DNA of 64,000 nt from Candidatus Poribacteria bacterium (GCA_965197475.1 CBDANF010000002.1:1248001-1312000), one strand, 5' to 3'; numbered from the stretch's first letter, positions 39,201 to 48,527 are shown. Program-made: numbers and translations. The notes: generated by a model not told the origin, from the sequence alone.

Positions 39201-42200
39201 CTGCCGAAGCATTAGGTGCAAGTGATACAGAGGTTTCACTTAGGGTAGCAGCTACATCGCCTGATGTAGCTAAATCTATCATATCATCAGTGTTTCCAAT
39301 GTTCGTGACGGTGAGCATATAACTGACACCTTCACCCGCATCAGATGTTTCGGTTGCCAAGTCTCCTACGCCTGCTAATGTAATACCGTAAACCGGAAGA
39401 ATAGTTGTCTTGGTTGAAACCTCTGCCATTTTTTCGGTATCGCCTTGTGAGGTTGCCGTAACTTTGACTTCGTAATCTCCGGCAGTTGCAAGCGCATCAC
39501 CAGAAATAGTTAATACGACTTCTGCGGAAGCATTAGGTGCAAGTGATATAGAGGTCTCACTTAAGGTAGCATCGTCAGTCGTAGTTAGATTGATCACATC
39601 ATCTGTGTTGCCGATGTTCGTCACTGCAAGCGTATAACTGACACCTTCACCCGCATCAGCTGTTTTAGTTGTCAACTCATCCACACCAGATAACGTAACA
39701 CCGTAAACAGGGAGAATAGTTGTAGTCGTTGATACCTCAGAAGACTTTGTGTTATTTCCTTGCGAAGTCGCCGTAACTTTGACTTCGTAATCACCAGCAA
39801 TCGCAAGCGCATCACCGGAAATCGTCAATGTTATTTCTGCTGAAGCACCCGCGGCAAGCGAGACTATGGTCTGACTTAATGTCGCTGCAATATCACCTGA
39901 CGTTGTTAAATCTATCACGTCATCTGTGTTACTAATATTTGTGATTTTGAGCGTATAACCGACACCTTTACCCGCATCAGATGTTTCAATGGTCAAGTCT
40001 CCTACGCCTGCTAACGTAACACCATAAACAGGGAGAATAGTTGTCTTTGTTGAAACCTCAACTATTTTCGTATCATCGCCTTGTGAGGTTGCCGTAACTT
40101 TGACTTCGTAATCTCCGGCAATCGCAAGCGCATCGCCAGAAACTGTCAGTGTCACTTCTGCCGAAGCATTAGGTGCAAGTGATACAGAGGTTTCACTTAG
40201 GGTAGCAGCTACATCGCCTGATGTAGCTAAATCTATCATATCATCTGTGTTTCCAATGTTCGTGACGGTGAGCATATAACTGACACCTTCACCCGCATCA
40301 GATGTTTCGGTTGCCAAGTCTCCTACGCCTGCTAATGTAATACCGTAAACCGGAAGAATAGTTGTCTTGGTTGAAACCTCTGCCATTTTTTCGGTATCGC
40401 CTTGTGAGGTTGCCGTAACTTTGACTTCGTAGTCACCTGCTTTCGCAAGCGCATCACCGGAAATAGTTAACATTACTTCTGCCGAAGCACCCGCAGCAAG
40501 TGATACAGAGGTCTCATTTAAACTCGCAGCAACATCACCTGATGTAGATAAATCTATCATATCATCAGTGTTACCGGTGTTCGTGACGGTGAGCATATAA
40601 CTGACACCTTCACCCGCATCAAATGTTTCAGTTGCCAAATCTCCTACGCCTACTAACGTAACACCATAAACAGGGAGAATAGTTGTCTTTGTTGAAACCT
40701 CTGCCATTTTTGTGTCATCGCCTTGTGAGGTTGCCGTAACTTTGACTTCGTAATCTCCAGCAATCGCAAGCGCATCACCGGAAATAGTTAACATTACTTC
40801 TGCCGAAGCACCCGCAGCAAGTGATACAGAAGTCTCATTTAAACTCGCAGCAACATCGCCTGATGTAGATAAATCTATCATATCATCAGTGTTACCGGTG
40901 TTTGTGACGGTGAGCGTATAAGTAACACCTTCACTCGCATCTGCTGTTTCGGTGATCAAATCTCCTACGCCTGCTAATGTAATACCGTAAACCGGAAGAA
41001 TAGTTGTCTTGGTTGAAACCTCTGCCATTTTTTCGGTATCGCCTTGTGAGGTTGCCGTAACTTTGACTTCGTAGTCACCTGCTTTCGCAAGAACATCACC
41101 GGAAACTGTCAATGTTACTTCTGCCGAAGCACCCGCAGCAAGTGATACAGAGGTCTCATTTAAACTCGCAGCAACATCACCTGATGTAGATAAATCTATC
41201 ATATCATCTGTGTTACCGGTGTTCGTGACGGTGAGCATATAACTGACACCTTCACCCGCATCAAATGTTTCAGTTGCCAAATCTCCTACGCCTACTAACG
41301 TAACACCATAAACAGGGAGAATAGTTGTCTTTGTTGAAACCTCTGCCATTTTTGTGTCATCGCCTTGTGAGGTTGCCGTAACTTTGACTTCGTAATCTCC
41401 AGCAATCGCAAGCGCATCACCGGAAATAGTTAACATTACTTCTGCCGAAGCACCCGCAGCAAGTGATACAGAAGTCTCATTTAAACTCGCAGCAACATCG
41501 CCTGATGTAGATAAATCTATCATATCATCAGTGTTACCGGTGTTTGTGACTTTGAGCGTATAAGCAACACCTTCACTTGCATCTGCTGTTTCGGTGGTCA
41601 AATCGCCTACACCTACTAACGTAACACCATAAACAGAGAGAATCGTCGTCGTGGTTAAAACATCTGCTGTTTTCATGGTATTACCTTGTGAAGTAGCTGT
41701 AACTTTGACTTTGTAATTCCCTGCTTTTGCTAAGGCACTACCAGAAACCGTCAATGTTACCTCCGCTGAAACACCCGCAGCAAGAGATATTGAGGTTCGG
41801 CTTAATGTAGCAGTTGCATCGCCTGATGTTGCTAAACGAATCGTATCGGTTGTGTTACCGGTGTTTGTGACTTTGAGCGTATAAGTGACACCTTCACTCG
41901 CATCCTCCGTTTTTTTAGTCAATGCGTCTATCCCTAACGTGACACCATAAACGGAGAGAATCGTGGTGGTAGTCGTGACTTCAGCAGTTTTCGTGCTATC
42001 TCCTCGCGAAGTTGCTTTTACTTTAACTGTATAATCGCCTGCTTTCGCAAGGGCAGTACCGGGAACTGTCAATGTTACATTCGCCGAAGCACCTGCAGCA
42101 AGCGATACAGAGGTCCGACTTAGTGATGCGCTGACACTGCCTGATGATGACAAACTAATCACATCATCTGTATTACCTATATTTGTAACCTTGATCGTAT

Positions 42201-42837
42201 AAGTAATTCCAGAACTTGCATCCGCCGTTCTCTTGGTCAATGCGCCTACACCCGCTAACGTAACACCGTAAACAGGGGGAACGTCCGATGTCGCTTTTTG
42301 GGTATAGATGTAATCACCTGAAGTTCCAAAATCGCTATTAGCGGCGTTTCCTGCGGCGTAAAACGTAATAGGTCCAATATCGGTAGCGGGGGCAGTCCAT
42401 TTAAAGGTCCACTGGTTTTTGTCTCTTGTTCCCTGTGCACTTCCAGCAGAGGTATGTTTAATATATTGTTTACTGTTTTCTTCTGATAATTGTGTATTCC
42501 CATCCGCTGCAGCAAAAGTGCCAGCGCGCGCGTTGTTCCTGTTCAGTGCTGTCATCTCAAATCCCCACTTACTCTGTCCAGCACGTGATAATTCGACAAC
42601 AATATCATACACCTCACCCGGCAAATAGTTCTCAGGAACTGTTAACATCAGTGAACCACCAGAGGCGTTAAGGGTATTGCCAACGTGGCATTGTGTACAG
42701 TTGCCTTCACCATGAGCACCTGTTAATTTATTTGGTGGACCATTACCAAAAGAAAAAGCAAATACACTACTATTGCTTGCAAGAAAAAAGAGTGCAAGCA
42801 TTGTCCAAATAGGAAAGATTTTTTTCAGATAATTCAA
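36256..42837 (-). CDS. Giant secreted protein: Reeler-like domain with CxxCH, 18 Ig-like (NEW3/CARDB-like) repeats, C-terminal dockerin
   Basis: TTG start after AAAGGAG; signal peptide; CTQCH, KWGFEMTA, WTFKWTAP..GPITFYAAGNAAN..GDYIY; ~107-aa repeats; WDLNADGKVNIQDLVLV and GDVNMDGKVDIRDLVQV. Confidence 0.85.
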   Translation of the reverse strand: MNYLKKIFPIWTMLALFFLASNSSVFAFSFGNGPPNKLTGAHGEGNCTQCHVGNTLNASGGSLMLTVPENYLPGEVYDIVVELSRAGQSKWGFEMTALNRNNARAGTFAAADGNTQLSEENSKQYIKHTSAGSAQGTRDKNQWTFKWTAPATDIGPITFYAAGNAANSDFGTSGDYIYTQKATSDVPPVYGVTLAGVGALTKRTADASSGITYTIKVTNIGNTDDVISLSSSGSVSASLSRTSVSLAAGASANVTLTVPGTALAKAGDYTVKVKATSRGDSTKTAEVTTTTTILSVYGVTLGIDALTKKTEDASEGVTYTLKVTNTGNTTDTIRLATSGDATATLSRTSISLAAGVSAEVTLTVSGSALAKAGNYKVKVTATSQGNTMKTADVLTTTTILSVYGVTLVGVGDLTTETADASEGVAYTLKVTNTGNTDDMIDLSTSGDVAASLNETSVSLAAGASAEVMLTISGDALAIAGDYEVKVTATSQGDDTKMAEVSTKTTILPVYGVTLVGVGDLATETFDAGEGVSYMLTVTNTGNTDDMIDLSTSGDVAASLNETSVSLAAGASAEVTLTVSGDVLAKAGDYEVKVTATSQGDTEKMAEVSTKTTILPVYGITLAGVGDLITETADASEGVTYTLTVTNTGNTDDMIDLSTSGDVAASLNETSVSLAAGASAEVMLTISGDALAIAGDYEVKVTATSQGDDTKMAEVSTKTTILPVYGVTLVGVGDLATETFDAGEGVSYMLTVTNTGNTDDMIDLSTSGDVAASLNETSVSLAAGASAEVMLTISGDALAKAGDYEVKVTATSQGDTEKMAEVSTKTTILPVYGITLAGVGDLATETSDAGEGVSYMLTVTNIGNTDDMIDLATSGDVAATLSETSVSLAPNASAEVTLTVSGDALAIAGDYEVKVTATSQGDDTKIVEVSTKTTILPVYGVTLAGVGDLTIETSDAGKGVGYTLKITNISNTDDVIDLTTSGDIAATLSQTIVSLAAGASAEITLTISGDALAIAGDYEVKVTATSQGNNTKSSEVSTTTTILPVYGVTLSGVDELTTKTADAGEGVSYTLAVTNIGNTDDVINLTTTDDATLSETSISLAPNASAEVVLTISGDALATAGDYEVKVTATSQGDTEKMAEVSTKTTILPVYGITLAGVGDLATETSDAGEGVSYMLTVTNIGNTDDMIDLATSGDVAATLSETSVSLAPNASAEVTLTVSGDALAIAGTYEVKVTATSQGDNTKTAEITTATTILPVYGVTLAGVGDLITETADASEGVSYMLKITNTGNTDDMIDLATSGDVAVTLSETSVSLAPNISAEVTLTVSGDALAIAGDYEVKVTATSQGDNTKSSEVSTTTTILPVYGVTLSGVDELTTKTADAGEGVSYTLAVTNIGNTDDMIDLATSGDVAATLSETSVSLAPNASAEVTLTVSGDALAIAGDYEVKVTATSQGDTEKTAEVSTKTTILPVFGVTLAGVDRLTKETIDASAGVSYTLRVTNTGNTNDTISLSASGDASATLSQTAVSLGAGASAEIILTVSDDVLATAGAYEVKVTATSQGDATKTAEISTTTTISILPVYGITLAGVGDLTTETSDVGEDVSYTIAVSNIGNTDDVIDLVASGDVTATLSQTAVSLGANASAEVTLTISGSALTIFGDYEVKVTATSQGDTTETAEITTTTTLIPVYGITLAGVGDLTTETADAGEGVSYTIAVTNTGNTDDVLDLATSGDASATLSETSVSLAAGTSAEIILTVSDDVLATAGAYEVKVTATSQGDGTKTADISTTTTILPVYDVTLVGVGDLTTETADAGEGVSYTIAVTNTGNTDDVLDLATSGDASATLSETSVSLAAGTSAEIILTISGDALAKAGDYEVKVMATSQGDDTKIVEVSTKTTILPVYGVTLAGVGDLTTETADASEGVTYTLKVTNTGNTDDMIDLATSGDVAATLSETSVSLAPNASAEVTLTVSGDALAIAGTYEVKVTATSQGDNTKTAEITTATTIPPVYGVMLQDEGELKGATMDMFAGVSYTITVTNTGNIDDTVVLGSSAEIGIEGSVLGSFSESDDQEIPTSQLKIELAPGASAEVTFIAAGDFFTKLGEYEIKVIATSKGDSTKTAEITTATTIEPVPWDLNADGKVNIQDLVLVANQFGESGEELSGDVNMDGKVDIRDLVQVASYFGKTQAEIVQANQ
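36450..42275 (-). repeat. Intragenic array of 18 repeats of about 321 bp
   Basis: 18 units counted by eye, each starting P/SV(Y/F)(G/D)(V/I)(T/M)L and containing a VTNTGN-like and a YEVKVTATSQGD-like motif; some units nearly identical in DNA; limits approximate. Confidence 0.9.
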
Positions 42838-42860
42838 AACGTCTCCTTTGCATATACGCG

Positions 42861-42934
42861 AAAAAACGCCCCCGCCGCCGACGCTAATCAACAGTAGATT
42901 CGCGCTCGGATAAACCGGCAGTCGGGGCGTTTTT
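42861..42934 (-). terminator. Intergenic stem-loop with U-tract between the cohesin and dockerin genes
   Basis: Minus strand: aaaaacgccccgactgccg ... cggcggcgggggcgtttttt, just before the RBS of the dockerin gene. Confidence 0.55.
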
Positions 42935-42958
42935 GTTATTGCGTTTTAGTTGCTAAAC

Positions 42959-45703
42959 CTACTTGAGGATAACCATGCGACGGGTAGCAGAGAAGTTCTC
43001 TGTTTGGAGGACATAGAAATAGATGCCACTCGAAACAGGTTCACCCGCGTCATTTTTACCATCCCAATAAGCTGCAGTCGAACTCGTCATATATAAACCA
43101 GTTGACTTATGACCTAAGCTTAGCGTCCGAACTGAATGACCGGAAACATCATAAATCTCAATCGTTACGTTGGTGTCACGACTCAGCTGATAAGGTATCC
43201 AAGTCTCAGGGTTGAAAGGATTCGGGAAGTTTTGTCCCAGAATCGTGTCTTTAGGACGCACATCGCCAACTCGCATCTGGACACTCATATAGGCGTTGTG
43301 GATATCCGTAGTTTGGACGGTGCGTTGGAACGGCCCGGACACAATAGTCCCGCGTTCGTCAAGGAGTGCGATCTCAACTTTATCGCCAGCTTCAACGACA
43401 CTCTTATAGTTCGAGTCTGCCCATACAGCAGTGACGCGTCCATCTTCACTGGTAACTTTTTGTGTTGCGACAACTCCTGTGCGGAGGTTTTTGGCAACCA
43501 TTGTGTAAGATGCACCGGTCTCTTTATCTTTCAAGGCACTTGTAATGATAAACGCCCAAGCATCTTTAGCAGTGGTAAGTTTTGGTGCAGCAGCGGCATC
43601 TTCCTCAGCCATTTCAGTCATTTCCGGCATTTCAGCTGGTGGGTTAGCCCACGCTGTACCACTAAATGTTACCGTTCCGCCAGTAGGTGTATTGACAATA
43701 TACCCTTTCCCACCTTCAATACCGAAATTGTAGCCACCTTCAATGCCAGCAACATATCCTACAAATTCTTGTGTTGCTGCGTTTAACTTGATGACAACTG
43801 TTGAACCTAACATCTCCGCAAGAGATTGTGCAGTATAGGGTTCTGTCGGCATCAACGGAACAGAGATCATGTTTAATCCCGCTTCAAATGTGACATCATA
43901 AGTAGGTAAAGGTGGTGGCATCGGTTCTTCAGGTAATACCGGTACTTCAACTACAGGTGTGATCATCAAAAGTGCTGTCGGTTCTGTCCAAGCAAATGCT
44001 TCGCCTACATCACCAACACCTTGGATACCAGCATGCGGTGTAATTACGCCACCTACTGTCGGCACACGTGCATTGCTACCCATCGGATCAGCATCCGCAG
44101 GTAAACCGACTGGACCAGGAATATCAGTCCCACGTTCGGTATTTTGTTCACTACCTGCGTCATAAGACCTCAATCCCAATGTTGTGGAAATAGGCATAGC
44201 AGCTGCATCATAGAGTGGTAAGTCAGCAACCCCGATAAATGCGTCATTTGTTGAGACCAACATTGTTGCAAGAGAGAGCGAAGAGTTCATGGCATCTGCT
44301 GTTAGACGAACGGTAACAGACGCGCTGGGATCAATAAGCCCCTCAGTGGCAGCAGCGTTTGCTCCTACAGCGGTGGCAAGTGCAGCAAGTCCTGAGGGAT
44401 CGCCATTTTCAGCAAGGAGGACAAGTGCCTCCGTAGCAGGTTGACCAACTTCGTATATCTTGGCACCAGCGGCGTGCGTTGAAAAGATCGGTGGTGAGAA
44501 GATTTGTCCACCCATACCATGCTCACCTGTGGTGAGGTTGGTCAGGGTAATCTCAAACATTTGGGGTTGGGGTTCGGGAACTATAATCGTTGTAGTCGTT
44601 GATACCGCAGCAGTTTTTTCCGCATCCCCTTGCGAAGTGGCGGTAACCGTAACTTCGTAAGCACCCGCTGTTGCTAAGGCATCATCGGAAATAGTCAATG
44701 TTACATCCGCTGAAGCACCAGCAGCAAGTGATATAGAGGTTTGATTTAATGTAGCAGTCGCATCGCCTGAAGTAGTCAGGCTTATTGTATCGTTTGTATT
44801 ACCGGTGTTTGTCACTCGTAGCATATAACTGACACCATCACCAGTATACACTGTTTCGGTTGTCAACTCACCCACACCAGATAACGATACACCGTAGACA
44901 GGGAGAATCGTTGTAGTCGTTGATACCACAGCAGTTTTTTCCGCATCCCCTTGTGAAGTGGCGGTAACCTTAACTTCGTAAGCACCCGCTGTTGCTAAGG
45001 CATCACCGGAAATAGTCAATGTTACATCCGCTGAAGCATCAGCAGCAAGTGATATAGAGGTTTGACTTAATGTAGCAGTCGCATCGCCTGAAGTAGCCAG
45101 GCTTATCGTATCGTCTGTATTACCGGTGTTTGTCACTCGTAGCGTATAACTGACACCATCTCCAGCATCCGCTGTTTCGGTTGTCAACTCACCCACACCA
45201 GATAACGATACACCGTGAACAGGGACAGTAACCGAACCATCTGCGGTTGTTACTTCCAATTCATCACTACCGGCATCGGAAATGAGAACATCTGTCAAGG
45301 TGATAGCGGACGCTTTTACCTCAACGACTTCAAACGTTACCGTAGCGAGTGTGCCGTCCCCATCCTGAGCAGCACCAAGCGTAATGAATTGGATGCTACT
45401 ATCAGAGGCAAGTCCACTAGGTGATACACTCGGGAAAGCTGCTAGATAATCCGCGTTGTAAGCACTGGAAATATATTTGAGCGCAGTTGGATCAAAGTTT
45501 AAGGTTACTTGGTAACCAGCAACATCTTCACCACCAGCAATATTAATATTCACGGTGAGTTGTTCACCTACCGCCGGGGATTCAATTGTAGCGGGATCAA
45601 CAGAAACGGTGGCTGCACCGTAACTCATCGCTGTCCATCCCAAACACATTACAACAGCCATCAAGAAAAAAAACATTTTCCTGTTAAAAAGCTGATTATT
45701 CAT
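42959..45703 (-). CDS. Secreted protein: cohesin, 2 Ig-like repeats, spondin_N domain, FlgD-Ig/T9SS-type-A-like C-terminal domain
   Basis: Signal peptide; GEQLTVNINI..DVAGYQVTLNFDPTALKY (cohesin); FEITLTNLT..FSPP..TH..LAENGD..TMLVSTNDAF..YDAGSEQNTE (spondin_N); LGQNFPNPFNPETWIPYQL..WDGKN..GE.VSSGIYFY. Confidence 0.85.
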   Translation of the reverse strand: MNNQLFNRKMFFFLMAVVMCLGWTAMSYGAATVSVDPATIESPAVGEQLTVNINIAGGEDVAGYQVTLNFDPTALKYISSAYNADYLAAFPSVSPSGLASDSSIQFITLGAAQDGDGTLATVTFEVVEVKASAITLTDVLISDAGSDELEVTTADGSVTVPVHGVSLSGVGELTTETADAGDGVSYTLRVTNTGNTDDTISLATSGDATATLSQTSISLAADASADVTLTISGDALATAGAYEVKVTATSQGDAEKTAVVSTTTTILPVYGVSLSGVGELTTETVYTGDGVSYMLRVTNTGNTNDTISLTTSGDATATLNQTSISLAAGASADVTLTISDDALATAGAYEVTVTATSQGDAEKTAAVSTTTTIIVPEPQPQMFEITLTNLTTGEHGMGGQIFSPPIFSTHAAGAKIYEVGQPATEALVLLAENGDPSGLAALATAVGANAAATEGLIDPSASVTVRLTADAMNSSLSLATMLVSTNDAFIGVADLPLYDAAAMPISTTLGLRSYDAGSEQNTERGTDIPGPVGLPADADPMGSNARVPTVGGVITPHAGIQGVGDVGEAFAWTEPTALLMITPVVEVPVLPEEPMPPPLPTYDVTFEAGLNMISVPLMPTEPYTAQSLAEMLGSTVVIKLNAATQEFVGYVAGIEGGYNFGIEGGKGYIVNTPTGGTVTFSGTAWANPPAEMPEMTEMAEEDAAAAPKLTTAKDAWAFIITSALKDKETGASYTMVAKNLRTGVVATQKVTSEDGRVTAVWADSNYKSVVEAGDKVEIALLDERGTIVSGPFQRTVQTTDIHNAYMSVQMRVGDVRPKDTILGQNFPNPFNPETWIPYQLSRDTNVTIEIYDVSGHSVRTLSLGHKSTGLYMTSSTAAYWDGKNDAGEPVSSGIYFYVLQTENFSATRRMVILK

Positions 45704-46014
45704 ATAAACACTCCTTACTAAATTCATTTACTATTGTGACGTTTTCTCTACCTTTCGGTACAGGTTTAAATTTCTCGCTTGAGGAGAGGTTTCACAAGAA
45801 ACCTAAGAGGCATCATTCGTATCAACGTATCACCACTCTATGCACAAAGGCAAATCGCTCAAACGTAGTTATACACTTAACAGATACGTTTATTCTAACT
45901 TAAAAACGTTGTCAAGTCAAATTAGATTTCAAATAGAACAATTCGGTAAATTGGAACAATCTATTCTTAATTATACTACAAATAACAGAAATAACGCAAA
46001 TTAAAAAACATCTC

Positions 46015-46647
46015 TTATTGAGGCACGCGCGGAGCAAGTTGATTCCAAACATCACCTAACTCTGAAACGGCTTTATAAACGGGATAGAGTGCATCCTACA
46101 TCGCTTGACGGGCAGCAGTAGCAGCCTGCTCATCATTTTCGGCAACGGCAGTTCTGAATTGATGTCCCATCTCCTCTTGAACCGCCACACACGTTTGTGT
46201 AAGTTCCGCAAGTTGTTGTACTGCCTGTATCTGGCGCGTAACCAATTCCGAAACGGGTACCTGCATATCGGGTTCCACATCATAAGCACTCGCTGGTGCA
46301 AAATTGTGTGGCACCCTCTCGCCATCTACAGTTCGTGGTGTGTGTGTCGGATGGATATGCGGTGTGACAGACAGATACATCGTCATCGGTTCGTCACCGA
46401 GCACACGCACCTGGTGTGGTTGATCGGCTAAAGCAACACACATCTGTCCTGGTCCCAACTCCTCTGTTTCACCGTCAATCTCAAATTCGACGCGCCCTTC
46501 CAAAATCAGGAAAATCTCATGTCCAAGGTCATGACTATGTAGTTGAGCACACTGTCCGGGTTCCATTTTTAAGAAACGCGAGCGAATCTGTGGTGTCACC
46601 AGAACGTTTCGGACATCTGTGCAATAGTCGTAAACAGGAAATCCCAT
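46015..46647 (-). CDS. Cupin domain protein, probably truncated by a premature TAG at 46096-46098
   Basis: LHSHDLGHEIFLILEG...PHQV cupin motifs; after the TAG the frame continues DALYPVYKAVSELGDVWNQLAPRVPQ to TAA at 46015. Confidence 0.75.
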
Positions 46648-46763
46648 TGTGTTCTCCGAATTTGCTTTAACTCAAGTATGCCATTTTTTGAGAAAAATGG
46701 CAAGATAAAATAATAGAGACACAGGGCATTTATAGTACATTTATAGTAAATGCGATAAAAAAT

Positions 46764-46793
46764 TTGACTTCTACCCATAAGATAGGGTATAAT
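46764..46793 (+). promoter_or_regulatory. Putative sigma70 promoter of the his operon
   Basis: TTGACT-18 nt-TATAAT. Confidence 0.6.
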
Positions 46794-46826
46794 ATATCAG
46801 AAAATAAATATTATGCCAAACACGTT

Positions 46827-46874
46827 ATGTTAACGCTATTTTTCTGCATCCATCATCATTCGATCCATTTCTAA
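46827..46874 (+). CDS. hisL: Histidine operon leader peptide MLTLFFCIHHHSIHF
   Basis: 15-codon ORF with four His codons upstream of hisZ-hisG-hisS; the His-codon segment can pair with the downstream ggattagaatgatgtgatgg. Confidence 0.8.
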   Translation: MLTLFFCIHHHSIHF

Positions 46875-46962
46875 GTAGGGCGGATTAGAATGATGTGATG
46901 GTTATCTCATATATTCATAATGGACACGAAGCAAGCGAAACTTGCTTGAATCCTGGTAAACT

Positions 46963-47018
46963 AACCGCTCTCCTCAACGCCGGTCTATCGGCACGTTGAG
47001 ATTAGTGGTTTTTTGTTT
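46963..47018 (+). terminator. Attenuator terminator of the his leader
   Basis: aaccgct..ctcaacg-ccg/cgg-cgttgag..agtggtt stem followed by T-tracts. Confidence 0.7.
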
Positions 47019-47093
47019 GCCTTTTTTTTGAATGCATCTTGGGAACAGATAGGTAAATCCGTTCGCATCTCATTTTATTAGGAGCAACACATA

Positions 47094-48527
47094 ATGGAAA
47101 AGTTTACGAAACCCGCCGGAACAAACGATTTTCTAGCCGAACAGATGGTTCAACGAAATTTCGTTGAAAATATCGTTCGTGAAGTATATGAAAGTTACGG
47201 GTACGCACAGATTCAGACACCACTGTTTGAATCCTTCGCACTTTTATCCGCACAATCCGGCGAAGAGATACGTCACAAAATGTTTACGTTTGTTGGTCCA
47301 GATAGGGTAGATTATGCACTGAGACCTGAACTCACCGCACCCGTTTGTCGAATTATTGCAAATGGTGACCTACAACATTTGCCTTATCCTTATAAACTCT
47401 ATTACATCGGACAGTGTGTGCGTCAGGAACCGAAAACTGACAATCCAGAGGTGAGGCGCGAATTTCGACAGGCAGGAGTAGAACTGATCGGACCTGCATC
47501 AACACTTGCAGACGCAGAGATTATTACACTACCGGTTCGGATTCTTGAAAAGCTCAATATTTCGCAGACGAAGTTGAAAATCGGCAATACTGGTATCTTC
47601 CGTGAGATTTTTAAACAGGTTGCACTTGATCCGAAAGATCATAGTGAAGTGATATTGGACATTGATCACCTTGCGCGGCTGCAGGTGGAAAGCCAACTTT
47701 TGGACATGGAGACGCTTCGCGATGAACTGAATATGTTGCGGCGTTTGCAAGGAACTGACTACCAAGGTGACCACAAGATTGAGACATCTACTATTCAGGA
47801 GTTAACAGAAAACAACACCACTACTTGGACAGAGAAGTTACCGATGATTGCTGAAGAAACCTATAAAGCGAGATGGCACAGATATTTCAATATATCAGAG
47901 GAGATAGCGCAGCGTTGTATTGATGTCTCAAAGATCAGCGGTAATAAGGATGTTGTCATGGCAGCGTGGGACACGTGTCTCGGTGATACTGCACAGGAAG
48001 TTCGCGAAGAGCTGCGGACACTTTGCGAATGTTTGGAAAACTACGAAATTAACGATTTTGAAATTAATCTGGGTATCACGCGCGGGTTTGATTTCTATAC
48101 TGGAACAGTTTTTCAGATTGAGTTACAGGATAAGAATCTTCCAATTTGCGGCGGTGGAAGATACGACCATTTGATCGAAAGTTTTGGCGGACCATCACTA
48201 CCGGGGGCAGGATTTGCATTCCAATTTGATTCACTGATGGAGGCATTTGCTGAAACACAGCGCGAACCTATTCAAGCGAAAAAGGATTACTTTGTCGCAA
48301 CAACTTCTGCTGATCTTATCCCTGAGGCACAACGTCTTGCTGAAACATTGAGACGATCCGGCAAGATCGTAGAAGTAGATCTAATGGATCGCGACCTGCA
48401 AGCACAGCATGACTACGCTGCGCTTGCAAATTACGATTATCTGGTCCGCTTAGCCTCAAATGAACCGATGTGTAAAACGGATCTGAAAACTGGTAACACA
48501 GAAGAGGTTACTATCAAAGACCTTTAA
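47094..48527 (+). CDS. hisZ: ATP phosphoribosyltransferase regulatory subunit (HisRS-like)
   Basis: KPAGTND, ALRPELTAP, REFRQAGVELIG, RGFDFYTG, GGGRYD; directly upstream of hisG, with a second HisRS-like gene after it. Confidence 0.8.
   Translation: MEKFTKPAGTNDFLAEQMVQRNFVENIVREVYESYGYAQIQTPLFESFALLSAQSGEEIRHKMFTFVGPDRVDYALRPELTAPVCRIIANGDLQHLPYPYKLYYIGQCVRQEPKTDNPEVRREFRQAGVELIGPASTLADAEIITLPVRILEKLNISQTKLKIGNTGIFREIFKQVALDPKDHSEVILDIDHLARLQVESQLLDMETLRDELNMLRRLQGTDYQGDHKIETSTIQELTENNTTTWTEKLPMIAEETYKARWHRYFNISEEIAQRCIDVSKISGNKDVVMAAWDTCLGDTAQEVREELRTLCECLENYEINDFEINLGITRGFDFYTGTVFQIELQDKNLPICGGGRYDHLIESFGGPSLPGAGFAFQFDSLMEAFAETQREPIQAKKDYFVATTSADLIPEAQRLAETLRRSGKIVEVDLMDRDLQAQHDYAALANYDYLVRLASNEPMCKTDLKTGNTEEVTIKDL

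Noticed and set aside
43136-43786. Long antisense ORFs (also 1088-1756 and 61422-61838)
   Set aside because: They are shadows of well-supported genes on the opposite strand.
47094-48527. A second true histidyl-tRNA ligase
   Set aside because: It lacks the canonical motif-2 ERPQKGR sequence and sits directly before hisG, so HisZ fits better.
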